A stretch of 64,000 nucleotides of DNA from Octopus vulgaris. Taxonomy: Eukaryota. The position numbers and the translations under genes were made by a program. Shown piece after piece: positions 58,704 through 64,000 of this stretch; within the stretch, counting starts at the first letter, position 1, and the number at the start of each line of letters is the position of its first letter. Below the pieces are notes generated by a model that searched no databases, was not told the origin of the DNA, and was given only the letters and a program-made list of their open reading frames with translations. The DNA is taken from contig OX597831.1 of the NCBI GenBank assembly GCA_951406725.2, positions 81,530,001-81,594,000 of the forward strand, in the 5' to 3' direction.

Positions 58704-59290
58704 GCAGCGAGCTGGCAGAAACGTTAGCATGCCGGGCGAAATGCTTAGCGGTATTTCGTCTGTCGCTACGTTCAAATTCCGCCGAGGTCGACTTTGCCTT
58801 TCATCCTTTCGGGGTCGATTAAATAAGTACCACTTACTAAAGTAACAAGGATTATTGCTGTATCTAAGGCGGTGAAGTGGCAACATCGTTAGCACACCGG
58901 ACAAAATTCTTAGCAGTCTCTCTAACAATCCGAGTTCAAATTCCGGTGAGGTTGACTTTGTCTTTCATCCTTTCGGGGTCAATGAAGTAAGGACCAGTTG
59001 AGCACTGAGATCGATCCAATAGACTCGCCTTCTTCCCCACCTCAAATTCTAGGCTTTTGTGGCCTATAATAGAAAGGATTATTGCTGTAGCTAAGGCGGT
59101 GAGCTGACAGAATCATTAGCACACACCGGACAAAATGTTCAGCCACATTTCCCCCATCTTTGCGTTCTGAATTCGAAGTACATCGACTTCGATTTGACTT
59201 CTATCATAACATGGATGCTAGTTGAGCACCGCGGTGGATGTAGACGACCTCCCCCTCCCCTCGAAACTTGTGCCACAAATTAAAAAGAAT
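58704..59290 (+). mobile_element. Three tandem SINE family B copies
   Basis: Units start at about 58704, 58867 and 59095 (GGCAGCGAGCTGGCAGAA / AAGGCGGTGA). The second and third are each preceded by AAGGATTATTGCTGTA.CT. Confidence 0.85.
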
Positions 59291-59399
59291 TATTACTGTA
59301 CCCGTTGTTCTTATCGGCATCACCATAGCCCCGTCATCGCTATTGTTGTTGCTATTGCTATTGCAGTGGGAATTATTAACAAAGGTGTCTATACAACAA

Positions 59400-59444
<45 letters not shown>

Positions 59445-59532
59445 GCTTTTACCAAAAAGAGACGTTATTGGAAAGGAGACGTGGGGGAAAACCTCATAGA
59501 AGAATTGATTAAAGTTCGACGGTGTGTACGTG

Positions 59533-59579
<47 letters not shown>

Positions 59580-60555
59580 AGGGAAACTTTGAACGTGCAG
59601 GTAGTTTGAGGGGAAGGCAGTATTAAAACTGCAGTCGTAGGTTAAACTGAAATGTATAGAAGGCAGGAATGAATTGTGCCTACAGGTGGTCACAATTACA
59701 GTAAAGTTCAGATTTTATTGAGGTGAGAGGACTTACTGCTGCATCATTTAAGCCATTGTCAACCTTCTGCGAATTGACATAACAGATTGACAGGCCTATG
59801 TTCACAGTTTCGAAATGATATTTTCGGGGGGAAAAAAACGACAACATTCTCTTCCACAACTCCTACAAAAACTGTTACTACAACAAAATGAAGAAGAAGA
59901 ATAGCAGCTATAATTTGATAAATGCTAGACAGAGGTTGAGGTAATTAATATGGCGGAGTGAGAGAGGTCACTAGCGTATGAAAACACTTTAAATAAACCT
60001 GGAGTAATAACGTTGTTAGGTTTATTTCAATTTGTAATGTTCCCAATACATACAACTTACATAAATAACGTAACTACATGCGTGTGTATATATACGTACA
60101 CTCAAAAAGGCCATTTTTATTAGTTTATCCAGCAACTCAGTTTCTATTTGCCATGCAATCTTGAAAGAAATCTCATAAATAAAAGGGAACAATTGTTAAA
60201 CAAAAATATTCCACACCAATTTTGGTGACTCGATTGATCAGATGCACTTTCAAAATGGCTCCGATTTCAAGTGAAATTGCAATGAACTCGGAAAACATCT
60301 TTTAAAGAATTTAGTGTTGTATGGGGTCCCTAAGAACCCCCTTGTGTTGTTGGCCCCCATCCCTTTGGGAATTTGCTTTCGTTGTTATTTTCTTGTGTTT
60401 TTTATTGCTATTGTAATTTACTGACATTTCTTAATCATTATTCTTTATTATTTCATTTTTCGTTTCGTCCATCATTTTAATGGATGTAAATCCTTTACTG
60501 ATTGCTTTTGCATTTTCCTCTTGTGTTATTAACAACGACTTGAATCCTTGGTGAG

Positions 60556-60591
<36 letters not shown>

Positions 60592-60592
60592 T

Positions 60593-61066
60593 AAGGCTAC
60601 GAGCTGACAGAATCGCTAGTACGTTAGACAAAATGTTTCGCTGCATTTTTCATGGCTTCAAGTTCAAATTCTTGCCGAGGTCGGCTTTGCCTTTCAATAT
60701 TTCGAAGTTGATGAAATAAGTACGAGTTGAGTACTTGGGTTGATGTACTCGATTTCTCCATCCCCTAAAAATTGCTGGCCTTGTGCCAAAAATTAGAATG
60801 AATTATTGTTTTCGTTGTTGTTCTGGTGGTGGCTATTGTTATTTTTATTATCCTCATTACGGCAGCGAGCTTGATAGACTCGTAAGCACGTTGGACAAAA
60901 TATCTAATGGCAGTTTTCTGGCTTTACGTTCTGAGTTCTCCTGAGGTTGACTTTGCCTTCCATCCTTTCGGAATCAACAAAATTAGTACCAGTCAAATAC
61001 TGGGGTTCGATGTTATCGATTAGCCCCGCCTCCCCCAAAATTTTGAGCCTTGTGTTATTGTAGAAA
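60593..61066 (+). mobile_element. Two tandem SINE family B copies
   Basis: Repeated GAGCT.GA.AGA.TCG..AG.ACG...GACTTTGCCTT.CA..CTTTCG. Confidence 0.8.
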
Positions 61067-61518
61067 GTGTTTTGATAAAAGAATAAGATTTAGAAATATC
61101 ACGTTTTTTCTTTACTCTGTCTCGTCTCTTCTTTGCTGAACGCTTCCTTTACGGTGATACCGCTGATGACTGTAGACCAGTTCTTGCAAAGAAGAGTCGA
61201 TGGCATTGACTGCATGGCAATGTTGGTGGACGTTGATTTTGTCGAGCCTTTCTCTCCCTTCACTTGATTTCTTCCTTTTCTCTTTTGGTCGCTTCAAAGG
61301 TTTTAGTTATTTTGTCAAGATAGAAGAGAAACTACACCAAAAATTCCAAATACATCCGAGGAAAGAGAAAATATATCACACACAGAACAAGGAAAGGACA
61401 ATCTACTATATTAACCCCAGTACTTGACTAATACTTTATCGACCCTGGAAGGATAAAAAGTATAATGTCAACCTGAACGGGATTTGAAGACAAAAAATAA
61501 AGACCACTTTATGTGAAA

Positions 61519-61908
61519 CTAGCAGTATCGCCCGGTGTTGCTCGGGTTCGTTTCGACCCTTTAGAATCGGAATCTTTGAAAAGTAAAACTTTTGCATTAC
61601 GTAGCTTATTATTCTCTTTAAGTGAACATTTTTCTGGTTGAAATACACCGAAAAATGGCTACACAGAAGTCAAAATATCGTAAAAGATAAGCATTTTCAT
61701 AGAAAAAAAAGCACCTTGTTGATGTAAATAATTTTTGGTCTTAACATGGTCCGATTTGAATTTTTTCTCCTATGGAAGGAAGAGCAAGCCTTCTATCATA
61801 CTCTCAATTTTGGTCAACTTGCGCCGCAGGGTCTCGGAGGAGATAGTGTTAGTTGAAGGCTACCAAACCTGCCATACACAGACAACTTCAGCTTTATATA
61901 GAGAGAGA
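61519..61908 (-). mobile_element. Non-autonomous Helitron
   Basis: The minus strand begins A|TCTCTCTCTATATAAAG and ends with hairpin CCCGAGCAACACCGGG, then GATACTG-CTAG|T. These are the canonical 5'-TC, subterminal hairpin, CTRR-3' and A/T target. Confidence 0.85.
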
Positions 61909-62524
61909 TTATGTAAATATTGTAACAGTAACAACATTGATGTCTTATAACTGTGGCAGAGGGCCCTAAATTTTAATGTAAGGTTTCTTATCGAACTTCA
62001 TTGATATTTTCTCTTGTTAATCACAAGAAAATGAAAAGCAAAGTTGGCTTAAGCAGATCTCGAACTAGGAATACAAAAGTTACGTAACTAAATATCACAA
62101 GTTATTTTGTCAACCTCTCTGCTAACGCCATCTATAATGTCTCTAACAAAGCGTGACGTGGGCGACGATAATTCAACAGAATTGAAGTGGATACGGTGAA
62201 ACACTAATTTGACATTTTCTCATCTCACGGATATCTGAAAAAGTAAATCAGCAATAGCTTCCGTTGTCAGCGGGAAGCAAGCATAACAGGCTAGGTTCGA
62301 ATCAGGCGTGCGCCATGCTGGTTTCAGTAATCAGATGTCAAGTTTGAAGCTACAGAAGATCTGTCAAATATACCGCCAACAGCAAACATGCTTCATGAAA
62401 CTTGTTGCAAATATAATACAAAAACAAAGTAGCGCTTAAAGATATGTGTGTGTAGGTGTATAGGTGTATACGTATATATTAAAATGTCTGTGGTTATATA
62501 AACGTGGACGTTTATGCGTATATA

Positions 62525-62569
<45 letters not shown>

Positions 62570-63028
62570 ATGTATGTCTATCTATCTATATGGGTATTCG
62601 TGTATAAGTGTGTATGTTGTGTTCATGCATGCGTAGAAGTCAAGTAGATAAAATATTGGACTAGAGATTTCGATGTGATGAGTTCGAAATCTCCAGAAGG
62701 ACTCCTGTGTTCCCGGGTCGAACTATTTATTTTCTATTACAGCAGCTTACGCATTTGAGCGAATGTTACGGTTGCAGCTGATAAAAAGAAATACCCTACC
62801 ATTGATATATGTGAATATATACACGTGTATACACGTATATGTAAATGTGTACATGTATATGTATCCTTTAAGCTCGTTTACGAGTAACATTTTTGAGTAC
62901 GTATATAAAAGCTCCTATTCTATCATGCTGGCTGCAGCCTAATGGTACCAACTTGCAACAGCAGTTTTATGGGCTTGCACCGAGCTATGCCGATATAATG
63001 TAGGATAACTATAGTAAGATTACTACTT

Positions 63029-63117
63029 CTAATAATAATAATCCATAGATCGTATTTATATCAATACGGACTAAGATCATAAGAAGTATATGAACTGTGG
63101 AAACGCGCGTAGCGATG
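63029..63117 (+). ncRNA. Decayed hammerhead motif
   Basis: Stem II CCATAG...CTGTGG followed by (G)AAAC-GCGC-GTA. The 5' core is only recognisable as CTAATAA. Confidence 0.4.
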
Positions 63118-63168
63118 CATTAAATTATTCATAAATTCCATCCATGGATTATTATTCTTACATGTGTG

Positions 63169-63344
<176 letters not shown>

Positions 63345-63346
63345 AC

Positions 63347-63459
<113 letters not shown>

Positions 63460-64000
63460 TACATACATATATACATGCATATATATACACACACATACAT
63501 ACAGACATATACATCGCGCGCACACCACCCACATACACACATTATCATATGAAATAAAAAAAGGCGCAATTTAAGGTGAAATTGAAGGGAAAACGTAGAC
63601 GCATGATAATTACATAAAATATTTAATTATTTAAATTTTATACTTTATTAATTAATAAATTTTAAAAAATATCTCTGACTGAATCGTAATTATGGCATTT
63701 ATTCATTGACATAAAAAAACTAAAATATTCTTCTTCTTTCAACTGTTTCAATAATTGTTCAGTTATTCACTTCGGAACATTTTAACGAATTAATTAAATA
63801 TATTCATTTATTTGTGCGTTAAGACTCGTTTAAAAATTGTGGATTTAATTAGAGTGAGACAATTAATCAAAAATACAGCAGAACCTCAAATGTCCACCTT
63901 TCAACTTCAACTTCGTCGTCGTCGACAAAGTTGTTCTCGATCTGGAGGAAGACATTTTAGAGGATAATGACAGCCAATTGTTTAGATTGTAAGATCGTGC

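Noticed and set aside
58704-59290. Repeat-spacer-like periodicity (CRISPR-like)
   Set aside because: The units are diverged ~200-bp SINE copies in a eukaryotic context.
61112-61297. Possible minus-strand coding exon (MQSMPSTLLCKNW.. then GTAAAG)
   Set aside because: No recognisable homology or partner exons.

Overview
AT-rich, extremely microsatellite-dense eukaryotic DNA. The SINE families and repeat landscape look like an octopus (coleoid cephalopod) genome; this is recognition from memory, not a database result. I find no host protein-coding gene I can support, and almost all ORFs in the supplied track are translations of simple repeats. The window is a retroelement graveyard. It holds Penelope-like elements (PLEs; RT and GIY-YIG pieces from at least two families), two R4/Dong-type RLE non-LTR families sitting in different microsatellites ((TAA)n and (CATA)n), CR1-type LINE pieces, four SINE families, mariner and maT (DD37D) DNA transposons, and a non-autonomous Helitron. 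The most notable hidden signal is non-coding: about ten minimal type I hammerhead ribozyme (HHR) motifs in PLE pseudo-LTRs. Many lie in short fold-back (inverted-repeat) mini-elements next to (TA)n tracts and have palindromic stem III loops. One is fully canonical (5714-5795), and one family carries a fixed core variant, CCGACGA.
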